Positions 13,091 to 25,485 of a DNA stretch of 64,000 nt are shown piece by piece (the stretch's first letter is position 1; each line of letters begins with the position of its first letter). Origin of the DNA: Sphagnum compactum (taxonomy: Eukaryota); the NCBI GenBank assembly GCA_965153455.1, contig OZ234493.1, forward strand, positions 1 to 64,000, read 5' to 3'. The notes beneath the pieces were generated by a model. That model did not search any database. It was not told where the DNA came from and worked only from the letters and a program-made list of their open reading frames with translations. A program made the translations under genes and the position numbers.

Positions 13091-14759
13091 CAACGTAATG
13101 GCATACCTATGTTACAAATACCAACGTACCAAGAACCTTAGGGCAAGAATGTGCTCAAGGTACGTGCTTTCCTGGTCAGGTGTGCCTACAATCAAGTGGT
13201 TGGCACATAGACTTTTCCAATTTGTGCCTCAAATATGTAGAATCATTATGTCACATTCTCCAAATTGTAATTATGAGGACTAGCCACTATGTCACATTCT
13301 CCAAATTGCAATTTTGAGGACTAGTAAAAGAAAGGCAACATTAAAGATTATTTCATAAAGTTGTTTTTTATTTTTTATTTTTTTTCAATTGAATGCCTAT
13401 TATTTTATCCAAGAGAAAGGGATTTTTGACCTGTGAAATACTTAAATATGAATGATGAGATTCAATAGACAGAAAAGACTTAAAAGCAGAATTGTCACGT
13501 CACAGACAGACAACGCAATTAATATATAAGATAGACAAGAATGAGTGCAGTCATAACCAACAAGGACTATAAACCTCCGATTCTCGCTCTGAGAATCGGA
13601 ATGAAAACCTTGAAGGTTCTCGTCCAAAAAGTGAGAACCACCCAACACATGGTTATCTCCAACTTCAACATCCAACCAGCCTTCACACTATTCAAAAATT
13701 TCCAGGCATTGCATTGTTACACTGAGTCCACAATCCAGATCTGCATCTCATCCTTCTTCTAGAACGGAAAGTGCTCCAATCTCATGAGCGTCAACAGAAA
13801 CCCTAGGATATGAAGGAGGCAGTTTTGAATAGGCGAAATGCTATTTTTTAAAATTTATTTGAAGTTCTGATTTATGGTCCCTATTATGTTGAGTTCAAAA
13901 TGTAATTTATTACTATGCATTACTGCAATGTACCAAACTTATGTGGCAATTCACATCCATTGACCCGAACATAAATCATAAAACAATATTCATAGAAACT
14001 TATATGAATGTAGTGGAAATGGTGAAAAGAGAAATCATAAAGGATTTTGAATGATAAAAATTAACATTTAGTGGAATAATATCAAATATTGACCAATTCA
14101 TATCTCTAATTAGGGTTTTTATTATTGACCAATGCATATTCTTAATTAGGGTTTTTATTTTTGGCAATTTATAGCCAAATTTTCCCATTGGCCAAGGGTA
14201 GCCATGTCAACAAAAGGAACTTAAAGGCGAAAAATTGACATCATTTTGCCAAATTTATAAAATGAAATGGCATCGGTAGCCAACTAGCACTATGAACAAT
14301 GTACAATCATGGATGTTTAAGCTTGTTGTTTGAAGATTCAAGTGGATTGTGTTGTCATGGTAATGGACATATGTTTGTTGATGAGTTGATTTTGAAGATG
14401 GAGGTGTAGCTTAATTTGATGCATTTGATTTTGAAAGCGCAATAGTTCATTGCTAAACTCAACAAGGCCCCTAATGTTCGGGAAACATGGTAAGTGCTTA
14501 TAAGTTTTGATTTCATGTTGATTCTTGATTTTTGATTCGTGAATCCCTAACCCTTAAACCTTATATGAAGCTTGAATGTTTTTTCAAATTACAAGTTTAT
14601 TTAAAGCTTGTACATGTGTTGTGATGTTTTGTGCAATCTTTGGTGTTTCTTCATTGCGTGCATTGTACAAGCCTATTGGTCCCAAGTTACAAGGTACTCA
14701 TCCAAAATCTCATGGTTGGGGGAGGGCTAATAAAAGAAGCCATATTTTATAAGTTTTTT

Positions 14760-15022
14760 TTGTTTTGGAGCTAACAAAATGACTATTTTCCAAGGTGCCA
14801 AAATTGGAATTACTCAACAAATTTCTGATGACTATGTGCTTCACATACAAGGAATTCAATGTATGGTTCATCATACCAATTTAGTAGTGCAAGTTTTGTC
14901 CAAGTTGAACATGGTGAACAAGTTGGAAAGCTTGTTCCAAACCTTATATGCTTATTTCTACAAAAGTCCCAAAAGGCATTTGGAACTTATTAAACATACT
15001 AAAATCATGGAAATTAAAAGAA
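14760..15022 (+). mobile_element. Degenerate hAT-superfamily (ZNF862-like) transposase fragment
   Basis: TIFQGAKIGITQQI..GIQCMVHHTNLVVQVL..LYAYFYKSPKRHLEL corresponds to the hAT CxxH(x)NL and F..SPKR segments. Confidence 0.7.
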
Positions 15023-15029
15023 ATAGACC

Positions 15030-15602
15030 ACCAAACAATGGGACCTCCCGCTCAACAGTAAAAAAAAATCAACCCCCTCCCCCTCCCATCCCCCCTTCAA
15101 CATATATATATAAAAAAAACCCCTCCCCCCCCTCCCTAGCCACTCAACAATGAAAAAATAGTTTTAAGAAAAAAAGTAACCCCCTTCCCCTCTTCCTTCC
15201 ACATGTCAAATGAAAGAGGAAAAAAAGAAACATTAACTTGTACCCCCCTCCCTTTCAAGAGTAAAAGAAATTAAAAAAATAAAATCAAGGCGCACCCCCT
15301 CCCCCTAAACAATGAATAAATATAATAAAACAATTCCCCTTGCCCCTCTCAACAGTAAAGACTAATTTATGAAAGTTACAAGCAGTAAAAAGGTAACAAA
15401 TAGTGAACCTTCAACAATAAAAAGTAATTTACAAAAGTTACAAGCAATAAAAAAAGTAACAAAAAGTAACAAAAAATGAAAAAGGTCAACAAAAAAAACC
15501 TGCCACTACGGGTTTACAGCCTGCCACTACGGGCCCTTTTTTGTGGTCAAACAGCCTCCAGCCTGCGTCCTTACGGGCGTAGTGGTCAGATCATATGTAT
15601 AG
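15030..15602 (+). mobile_element. Non-autonomous dispersed repeat with C/A-rich body and hairpin..ATA|GG end (family X)
   Basis: Shares poly-C/poly-A blocks, AAAAGTAACA repeats and the GGTCAAACAGCC...GATCATATGTATA|GG terminus with copies at 23.8-24.7k, 40.3-40.9k and 57.6-58.6k (reverse). Confidence 0.7.
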
Positions 15603-15626
15603 GCGCGGAGGTTTAGGGAGGGCACT

Positions 15627-16493
15627 GTGCATGAGATGTGCAATGTGGAGGGCTATGGGTCTTTGGACTTCAGACCAATCATTGACCCATACATAGTTAA
15701 GGTCAAGGTTTACCAGGTGTTATGCCATGAAATTCTTTCCGTGATACAGAGGCAGATGTTAGATGACATGCCAGCTACTATGCGTACCATGCGTACTAGG
15801 TTGAACCAGTTGCAGGATTTGATGGAGCGTTGGGGAGCAATGACAGAAGATGTCTTGAGTAGTCGCATTTCAGGCATCAGGGTTGAGGTTACTGTCCATA
15901 CAGAGATGGTGGTTGATGGACGTCGACTTTGTAGCGAGTTGGATTTATTTCGGATTGGAGGCTTCGAGAGTGCATTGGGTGGGCCTTTTGCTACTATATC
16001 ATGTGCATTGGACAGGTTTTTGTATTGGTGTCGCTTCCACATTTCAGCATTTGTAGCAGAAGTTCATGGAAGAAATGCGTATGCACCATCTATTCGAGTA
16101 CGCAACGCTTACACTTTTGCTCGCCAAGCTATTGGGTGGAGTGGCAAATTCATGGGGCGTCAATTGCAAGAAGCACGAGATTGGTCTGAAGTTGTTGCAG
16201 AAGCTTCAACATGACAGATGGCGGAGAAAGGATCATCAGAATTTGAATATGATGGCTGGGAGTTAGATTCACCTCAAGATCGACCACTGATTCAAGATTT
16301 TTTAGAACATGCACAGTGGTTTTTGTTTAATAAAGTTAGAGACCGCACTATTCCAGGCTTGATGTTGATGAAGCCCAATGGTGGTGGATATTTGCCTAAG
16401 AAGGGCATTTATGATGACCGTGTAGGTGCTGCTCGTCACTATATTTGCCTATATGGGGTTGATTGGAGAGACCATGTACGTTCTATTGAATAA
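15627..16493 (+). pseudogene. 5'-truncated coding fragment of unknown family, one in-frame stop
   Basis: ORFs 15627-16214 and 16218-16493 share a frame and are separated only by TGA plus one codon. Protein-like composition and higher GC than the flanks. Confidence 0.5.
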
Positions 16494-16572
16494 ATTCAAT
16501 AATAATTGCTTTTGAAAAAAAAATTGTTTTCATACTTGAAACAATAGATCAAAAACATTTTCAAATTTCTAG

Positions 16573-16590
16573 TTTAGGGTTTAGGGTTTA
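16573..16590 (+). repeat. Interstitial plant telomere repeat (TTTAGGG)2.5
   Basis: TTTAGGGTTTAGGGTTTA seen directly. Confidence 0.75.
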
Positions 16591-16591
16591 T

Positions 16592-17262
16592 ATTTTTGGC
16601 GAAACTTGGCATAACTCCATAAATTTGGCAAAACTAAGACATAACTTTATATTTTTGGCAAAACTTCATATAATTCCATATTTTTGGCAAAACTTGGCAG
16701 AACTCCATAAATTTGGCAAAACTAAGACATAACTCTATATTTTTGGCAAAACTTGATATAATTCCATATTTTTGGCAAAACTTGATATAATTCCATATTT
16801 TTGGCAAAACTTCACATAATTCCATATTTTCGGCAAAACTTCACATAATTCCATATTTTTGACAAAACTTGGCATAACTCCATAAATTTGGCAAAACTAA
16901 GACATAACTCTATATTTTTGGCAAAATTTCATATAATTCTATATTTTTGGCAAAACTTCAAATAATTCCATATTTTCGGCAAAACTTCACATAATTCCAT
17001 ATTTTTGGCAAAACTTAGCATAACTCCATAAATTTGGCAAAATTAAGACATAATTCTATATTTTTGGCAAAACTTGATATAATTCTATATTTTTGAAAAA
17101 CTTGATATAATTCCATATTTTCGGCAAAACTTCACATAATTCCATATTTTTGGCAAACATTGGCATAACTAAAACACAACTTTATATTTTTGGCAAAACT
17201 TCACATAATTACATAAATTTGGCAAAACTTGATATAACTACATATTTTTGACAAAACTAAAT
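16592..17262. repeat. Minisatellite, ~29-bp unit, about 23 copies
   Basis: TTTTGGCAAAACTT...ATAATTCCATA recurs every 29-30 bp (e.g. GGCAAAAC at 16686, 16715, 16745, 16774, 16803, 16832). Confidence 0.93.
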
Positions 17263-17919
17263 CATAGCCCAAGAACTTTGGGAAAATAAAAATTAAGGTG
17301 CATTCCATAGTAACCCTAAACACTTTATGTGTAACCTTCATCTCCACAATGGCATTGGCTATGCACTTTCTTGGGTTTTTGGTATCCCCAAGCAACTTTA
17401 TGAACTGCACTCTCCAAACTTTGAAATTCTGTGACAAGACAGGAAAAGTCAACCAGGGATTGGAAAGTCAAACCCTGCCATATCTTCTAAATGGTGATAG
17501 TGTAGGGGAAGTTTTTTACATCATTGGATTCAGAACACTTGAAAATGGGGGGGTAGGTCATCTCCAAATATTAAAAAAAAAACCGCAATCAGGTCAAAAT
17601 GCCCATCAAACACAAAAACCCCAAATCTCGTATATCTTGAAAACCTGACACTTTTAAGCAAAAATAATTCCACCACTAGCTTTAAAACACATGAAAATGG
17701 GGGGTAGGTCACTTCAAAACTTTCAACATGTATCATAATTAACCCTTTATGCCCTCATCTATCAGCCCCCCCTGAAATTTCACACCCCCCGTATCTTTCA
17801 AATGGTGATAGTGTAGGGGAATTTTATTGCACCATTGGATTCAGAGCCCTCAAAAATGGGGGGGTAGGTCACCTCAAAACCCCAAAAAAAAAACTCAATT
17901 TTGGTGGGGACACACATGT

Positions 17920-17957
17920 AACCCTAAACCCTAAACCCCTAAACCCTAAACACTAAA
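17920..17957 (-). repeat. Interstitial plant telomere repeat (CCCTAAA)~5
   Basis: AACCCTAAACCCTAAACCCCTAAACCCTAAACACTAAA seen directly. Confidence 0.85.
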
Positions 17958-18710
17958 TCGCTTACTGCGCTTTACCTCCTGCTTTCCCACTTATCACGCT
18001 TTACACCGCTTTCCCCCGCTTACCGTGCTTCATTTTGCTTACCGTGCTTTACCCCGCTTCACCCCGCTAAACCCCGCTTTCTCCTGCTTTCTCCCGTTTA
18101 TTGCGCTTTATCGCGCTTTCTCCCGCTTACTGCGCTTCACCTCCTGCTTTCCCACTTATCGCGCTTTACGCTGCTTTCCCCCACTTACCGTGCTTTATCT
18201 TCCTTACCCCGCTTTACCCCGCTTTACCCCGCTAAACCCTGCTTTCTGCCGCTTATTCCGCTTTATCGCACTATCTCTCGCTCACTGTGCTTTACCCCGC
18301 TTTTTTCTGCTTATCGCGCTTTACCCCGCTTTCTCCCGCTTATTGCGCTTTATGTCGTTTTATCGCGCTCTTTCCCCCTTTCTCCCACTTATTCCGCTTT
18401 TTCGCGCTTTCTTCCGCTTATTCCGCTTTATCGCGCTATCTCCCGCTTATTGCACTTTACCTCGCTTTCTCCCGCTTACTACGCTTTACGCCGCTTTACG
18501 CCGCTTCTTGGGCTTTATGTTGCTTACCGCGCTTTACCCTGCTTTCTCTCGCTTACCACGCTTTAACGCGCTTTCTCTCGCTTACTACTCTTTACCCCGC
18601 TTTCTCTCGCTTATCGCGCTTTATCCGCTTTCTCCCGTTTACACCGCTTTACATTGCTTTCTCCCGCTTACCGCGTTTTACCGGGCTTTTTCTCGCTTTA
18701 CCCCCATGTT
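17958..18710. repeat. Degenerate simple repeat built from CCGCTTT/CGCTTTA units
   Basis: Dozens of (C)CGCTTT(A/C) units at 7-11-bp spacing; they grade into pyrimidine-rich low-complexity DNA up to ~19600. Confidence 0.9.
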
Positions 18711-20469
18711 AAGTTTATTTGCTTTATCCTCTTCTATGCAAATCCTTTTGCTTTCTCCCCTCCTTATGCAAAACTACCTTATAACTTTTGTCTCACCATA
18801 TTCTTTCTATATTTATCGCTTCACATTTTTACCGCTCAAATATTCTCCCGCATCGGTTCTACCTTTCCTAACCTTTACGTTTCCCTTTGCCCCGCTTCTC
18901 TTAAACCTTTTCGCTCTTGCCCATCCTTTCCATAATTTCCCGCTCTCTCCAAATTTTGCTAAACCTTTTTACTTCTCTTCCCTTTATGTTATACTTTTTT
19001 ACTTTTCACCCTTTTTTGTCAATTCCTTCTATGTCTTTCCTTGTTATTCTCCATTCCCCCTTCCCCCCCCCTTATTATAACTTTACTCAAAAGATTACGT
19101 CATCCCCCTTGTCTCAAACCCTCTAACCGTGCACAAAAATTATTTTCTAACAAAATTACAAATATTCCGCGCTTGCCCCGTTTTACCCCGATTATCCCAA
19201 TTCACCCCGTTCTACCCCCTTTTATTCTAAATATTTCGCCCCTTGCCCGCCCTATTCCGCTTTAACCAAAATTAATTCAAACCAAAATATTCCGCTTTTT
19301 CCCTCTCTATTCACCTTTGCCCAAAATATTTCGCCTCTCGCCCGCCCCACTCCCCTTTCACCAAAATTACCTTTTTTTGCTTTTATTTCCTCAAACTTCC
19401 CCACTTTTTCCGCTTTTCCAAAACTTCTATCTTCGCCCTCTCCCCGCTCCCCCGCTTTTCCCCTCTTCCGCGACTTATGTCTGATTCCTCCTCTTTTTAT
19501 ATCTTTTCTCAAACTTTTCAACTTATTTTTCGCTTATTTCAAACTATCCTTTCCCCCTATAATTATGCCGCACAAATTCCTCTCCCTTTAACTATAATTC
19601 TGCCCCACGGATTAACTTCCCCGCCGATTTCTTGTAACTAAATTATCGTAATTTTTCATAATTAAATTACTGTAATTTTTGTTAATTCAACTACGTTAAT
19701 CTCTCTAATTACATTCTTCTAATTCTGACTTCGATTCTTCTAATTTTTCCTACTACAAATTTCGCGAGATAAATTTACTCTACTGTATACAGATTAATCC
19801 AATCTTTTTTAATATTATACGTACTATAAGTTTCCATATTTCTATTATTGCAGCTTTCCACTATTTGATGCTTGAAGTTTTTAAAAACTTCAAATATTGT
19901 TGTTTTATGTGATTCAATTCATGTTATCTTTTTCTCATTGTGTTTTTTCACATTTTAATACTATACTTTTCAATATTTTCGTTAATGTAATTTCTATAAT
20001 TTCGTTGCGTTTCTGTAATTTTTCGCAAATGAATTATTGTAATGTTATGCTATTCCCATACTCTAATTTCTTCTAATTTAACTACTACAATTTTTGGTAA
20101 ATAAATTCACGCAATTATCAATATCAAAATTTTGCTGGTCAAACAACCCCCCCCCCCCCCCCCGCCTTCCGCCTTACGAGTGTAATGCTTACATCATAGG
20201 TATAACCCATTTACACCATAAATCCAACAATTCTACGATTCTCGAAAACAATACAAAAGAGAGAGAACAAGATATAACAAAGGAACAAACATGATCGTTC
20301 TTACGTTCTTTTTTAAAGAGAATCTGCTCTTTGCATAATCAGCTACCTCGTTTTTTCCTTCGTAAATCAACAAGTTACGTGCACCCGCCAATACATTAGA
20401 TAAGGATCAAGTCTAGTGGTATTATATAACTCGTGCATAATTGCTGTTTTGCCTCAAACCCGCAACCTG

Positions 20470-21945
20470 ACGGGCTCGTGGTAGTTACCCTGCGAGCAAC
20501 TAAATTGGCCTTGCGGATGGCTTTAAAAAGACCTCTTTTCAAAGAGACTGCAGCTCCTTTGGAGTCCAGAGACACCGAAACTTACAATCTGTCAGTAGAC
20601 ACAACGTCTTTTTGTTTCTTTTAGCATGAACCTCTGTCCTAACATGATCTCGTCGCTTCTGATGGGAGATACACATCTACGCTGGTTTATCCAGAAGGTG
20701 GAAAAAACATGGGGGCGAAGGAACTGAAAGCACCGTCCATTCATTAGCACCTGATGATCTTCGTACGAGGAACAAATCTAATGTTCCCGCTGTTGCTTGG
20801 TGTGGAAGCATTTTTATAGGATATTATGAGCAAGAAGCGGATGAATTATCGACCGGACAGATGTTGCATCTACCTGTTGGTTCTATCTGCACCCCAAACT
20901 TGACTGTTCAGAAAAGCTGGTCGGTGTTACCAGAATAACTAGCACTGTAAAGGGCGTTACTGGTTATGACGTTATTCTTAACGACGCAGAATGTCACAAC
21001 CGTGTTGTGATCACGAATGCTCATGCAACTTCAATTTTGACTTGTGATAGGATAGCCTCACAGAATTCCCGAAGAATTAGTAGACCGTACAGCAAAAAGA
21101 CGAACTGGCTTCAAGACCTGTAGCAATGTTGTCTGAGGTGCATTCCTTTAAGGAGCCTATTGATTCAAAAAGATTGAGATTGACCTCAACATTTCATTTT
21201 CTATTGAAATGGGACGTTCGAGGGAGTGACTCACATAAACATTCGCATTTCACCGAGGTGGGAAAGAGCCAGCAACTTGGGTTCAAAGTTCTCGTTCAAG
21301 GTGAGAGTACTACATCGTCGAGTCAAATGGTAGGCAAGGCAATCTCTGAATTGATGCACCGAGAAGATGCAACTCGTGATCTAATTTCTCGTAGCCCCGG
21401 TCCACATGACTTTCTCCTTCTAGGTGTGCGGTCCCCTCCGCTGCCATACCCGCAAGGGACTAGAGCAGCTCCTGGCCTGCTCTCAAAACTGCAGCCAATA
21501 CTGGTGCTCCATACAGTGAACTCCACCCAGTGAAATGCAATAAACTCGCCGAGTGTCCTTTGGATATTGTTACATCCTCTCAGGACCTCGTTCCATGCTC
21601 ACTTTAGCAACATTAACAATATTCCAAAGACCATTAGCACATGTCATGAGATGCTAACAGGCTGGTACATCATGAAGAGAATAAGTTCAGATCCAATATT
21701 AAGTCTTAAGAGCTTCTGATCTTTATTCAAGTGGTGGCCTTGTAGCTACCCTGCAAGCAACAAAATTGGCCTTGTGGATGGCTTTAAAAAGACCTCTTTT
21801 CAAAGGGACTGCAGCTCCTTTGGAGTCAAGAGACACCGGAACTTACAATCTGTCAGTGGACACAACGTCTTTTTTGTTCCTTTTAGCATGAACCTCTGTC
21901 CTAACATGATCTCATCGCTTCCGATGGGAGATACATATCTACACT
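20470..21945. repeat. Local direct duplication (20470-20685 vs 21735-21945)
   Basis: Both copies carry TACCCTGC(G/A)AGCAAC..GGCTTTAAAAAGACCTCTTTTCAA..TAGCATGAACCTCTGTCCTAACATGATCTC. Confidence 0.85.
21333..21458 (-). pseudogene. murA: C-terminal fragment of plant MurA (UDP-GlcNAc enolpyruvyl transferase), copy 1
   Basis: Minus-strand translation LAGMAAEGTAHLEGESHVDRGYEKLDHELHLLGASIQRL matches the MurA C-terminal LAG..AEG.T....H(I/V)DRGYE....L..LGA.I.R motif. Confidence 0.8.
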
Positions 21946-23769
21946 GCTCCTCCATTCCTGCACTCTCTGTTGGAGCTCCTCAGGTGTTGCGGACCGAGTC
22001 TCAATTTGCTCGAATCTACAGGATTTAGGATCTGGGTTTTGGACCATGACCCGCAAGCTTCTCGGTCCATAGAATGCGTGACCAGATTGCAACCGTCGAT
22101 GGTCGCGGATGCCAATTCTCGTACATAATTTTGTCGTGCGTCAGCAGACTTGGCATTATACTTTCGATGCATCGGACTGGCAGATTCCCGAAACCTGCAA
22201 ACCGTGACCGGCATGCAATATCTGAGCAATCATGGGTCGATAATATGGAGAGACGTAGATCATGTTTAAGAGCCTCGTGTAGAAGAAGGGCGTGGATAAA
22301 GTTCTGTGGGCTGCCAAAAATTCTTCCACTTCGGAGGTCTGGTTGCTGCCTGAGCGTCTTTTCCTTCTGGTCCCGATCTCGATGGGTGAACCTTTGAGAC
22401 CGTGTCGCAAAAAAATAGCTGCGAGCGCCTCAAAAAATGGAGAATATGTTCTTACGGCAGAATCCGACGTCGTTCAAAAATATTATGTTGGATCCTGCCG
22501 GCAATTAAAGCGTATGTCGCGCTCGTGATCGATGTGCCTTCCCGTGCTTTCGCTTTCTGTTTTCATAGCTCCTGTATGCAGCGTAAAGGTCGATGACATC
22601 TGACAATGCGCAGGTGCTCGTTTGCTGCGGCAAAAGCAACTCCTGGAAGTAATCAAGGACAGGGTTCTAGCACGGCTTGCTTACAAGTTCCCATCTCAGG
22701 TAATGATGGAGTGCTCAACCCTAAATTCCTTTTTCTCTCAGCATTCTTCGGAGACATCAAGTACTTTTTTTCGTGCTTCAAAAATATATGGTCATGCGAA
22801 CCTTCAAATGTGGGTTAACGAACTTGCTTTTGGGAGCAGGAAATTGAAAGTATGCCGGTAGATTGTTTCCTCCTCTGGATCCAGATCACCGTGACTTTGC
22901 GTGGTAAGTGGGACCTGGTGAAGCAATCCTCTGGTCAGTGATATAAACTACTGTGTACGAGCTGGGTGGTGGACTGTCTTTCCACTGCAAATATATGGAT
23001 GCAAAGATAGCACAATGCTAAACCTGGGATTTTCTTTGGAATACTCTCCATCCCAGCAGCCATGGGTGATACACTATTTTGGTTCATGGTAGGGGTATGG
23101 TTGCAGGTGCGACAAAAGGGGTGGTGGGGGTACATTTGCAAAGACAGGTGGTCGGAAGATCACACTACCCGGCACCGACCCTGAATGATGTCGATGACCC
23201 TAAACCCTGATGACCTCATAGTTGTCTATATCTTGAATAAAATAAGGGCTTTCTAGAAGTCCCAAAAGTTTTTTGGGCTGCCAATTATCCCTCATTTGTT
23301 CTGACCTCCCATCCAATAGCTTACCAGTAATCGGAGCAAGAAGATTTAGTTTTCTCACTCAAAAATTACGCGTATACCTAGAATTCAAATAGTTATGGAT
23401 ACTCACCGCGATGAGTCTCTAGCTCATCCTTATGTGATCCTGTTCAGTGTCGATGAAGGCCTGGTGATGGCCATGGGAGACGATGGAAGAGCAAGCCACT
23501 ATACCGGACAGGCAACTACTGGCAAGGCTTGTCCTGGTCAGAGAGGAGGCTCACCCAGGGCTCTGTTGAGTGGTGGCCTTCTACTCCAATGCAATGACAG
23601 ACCCACAGATTTAAACGGAATCTGCCGCAGCCTGAGGTGGGTCCAAGATCAGCATATTGAGTTATTTTAATTGCAACTCACATTACTGAAGATTCAAGAA
23701 AATAAGACCAGACCCTAAACCCCTTGCCCGGCGCAGCGCATGCAAGCAGCATTTTTGCAAGTGCTGGGT

Positions 23770-24727
23770 TTTTTGGAGGGTTTAGGCAGGCTGTTAATGA
23801 GCCCGAAATCCAGAAGCTTAGGGTCGTTTTGGACGACTTTCAAATAAACAAATAAATAAATAGCCCTGGGCGCACCCCTTTCCCCCTGAATAATCGAAAA
23901 ATACCCTCACCTTGCCCCCTTGAATAACAAAAAGTTTGGAAAATTTAAAAAATGGAATAGCCTATTAAGTAGATGGTTTACCTCGGACATCCGGAAAAAA
24001 CACCTATGAACCCATGAGTGCCCCCATGAGTGGTTACTTTCAACCGACCCCATGAGTGCCCCCTCCCATGAATTTGTAAAAAAAAAAAACCCCCCGATGA
24101 ACCTCTCCCTAGCCACTCCGCAATGAAAAAAACATTTCTTGAAACCCTAAATGTACCCCTTTTTCCCCTCCTTCTACCTTTTCATATATCTAGGGAAAAA
24201 AAAAACATTAACCTCCCCCCCCTCCCCCTCAACGGTAAAAAAAAAAGAAGAAAAAAAATCAACCTGCACCCTTTCCCCCGGTGCACCCTTTCCCCCCTCC
24301 TCCTTCCACCTTTTCATATATCTAGGGCAAAAAAAAAACATTAACCTCCACCCCCCTCCCCCTCAACAGTTAAAAAAAATAAAGAAGGAAAAAAATCAAC
24401 CTGCACCCTTTCAAGTTCCCCCCTCGCACAATCACATACACAATATAAACCCTGGCCCTTCTCAACAGTAAAAAGTAATTTATCAAAGTTACAACCAATA
24501 ATAAAAGGTACAAAAAGTAACAAACCCTTACCCCTTTCACTAGTAGAAAGTAACTTATAAAACTTACGACCAATAAAAAAAGGTACTAAAAGTAACAAAA
24601 AGTGAAAAAGGTCAACAAATACAGCCCGGCACTATGCAAAAAAAGCCCGGCACCGCAATGTATTTTTCCTGGTCAAACAGCCCACAGCCCACGACATTAT
24701 GACCATAATGCCAGGATTATATAGATA
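23770..24727 (+). mobile_element. Family X dispersed repeat copy
   Basis: C/A-rich body, AGCCCGGCAC repeats, GGTCAAACAGCCC, hairpin CATTAT-GACC-ATAATG, end GATTATATAGATA|GG. Confidence 0.7.
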
Positions 24728-25218
24728 GGATTCAGGGTGGACGAACTTTTCTCCTGGGGAAATTAAAGAATAGCTCGGAGAAAATGGATAAACAATACTT
24801 ATCAAATTGAAAACCTTTACCATCAAAGAGGTATATAATATGGATTTGTATGGAGAACCTTAAGCCGTATCACAAAACGAATCAAGAATTATTTATTGAA
24901 GTCTGCTTTATTGGACCCCTCAAATGTTTCGGATATACATGTGGACCACCCAAGGATTTTTTTTGGTCTATTTATGTTTTTTGAATACATTTAACAGGGT
25001 ATAAACATTTAATGTTGTGTAAGGAATATTATTGGCCAGCTAATACAACTTATCATAAAAGTCTGGCCAGTGTTTTATAAACTTTTTTTTACCACAAAGT
25101 TTGGCCAATTTGGGACCATTTATTTTCCATGAAAAATCCTTCAAATAGGTTGAAATTTGAAACCATATATTTCAGGTGCAAAATTGGCAAAAAATTTGGC
25201 AATAAAACAAATCCCAAG

Positions 25219-25237
25219 TTTTAGGGTTTAGGGTTTT
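25219..25237 (+). repeat. Interstitial telomere repeat (TTTAGGG)2
   Basis: TTTTAGGGTTTAGGGTTTT seen directly. Confidence 0.65.
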
Positions 25238-25361
25238 GGCAAGTAGGCAGTAGTACGTACATTACTACACATACTGAGTAGGCCAATCACGTGGTTGCCT
25301 GAAAAAGAAATTAAAGAAATATAAATAAAAGAAAATGGGGCAAGGGATGATGGGGAGGTTA

Positions 25362-25485
25362 ATGATGGAAAGAAGGATGGATGGACGGAAGGACCGAGGG
25401 ACGGACGAATAGATACATAGAAACTAAGAAAGAAAGAAAGAAAGAAAGGAAGACGGACGGATGGATGGACGGACGTACGTACGTA
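25362..25485. repeat. Compound tetranucleotide microsatellite (GGAT/GGAC/GAAA/CGTA)
   Basis: Direct reading. A complementary TCCA/TCCG tract lies at 40365-40420. Confidence 0.85.

Noticed and set aside
16592-17262. 29-bp repeats of CRISPR-like length
   Set aside because: Units are head-to-tail with no unique spacers, there are no cas genes, and the context is eukaryotic.
18025-19080. 351-aa ORF
   Set aside because: Artefact of the stop-poor CCGCTTT simple repeat; low-complexity L/F/P/R/A translation.
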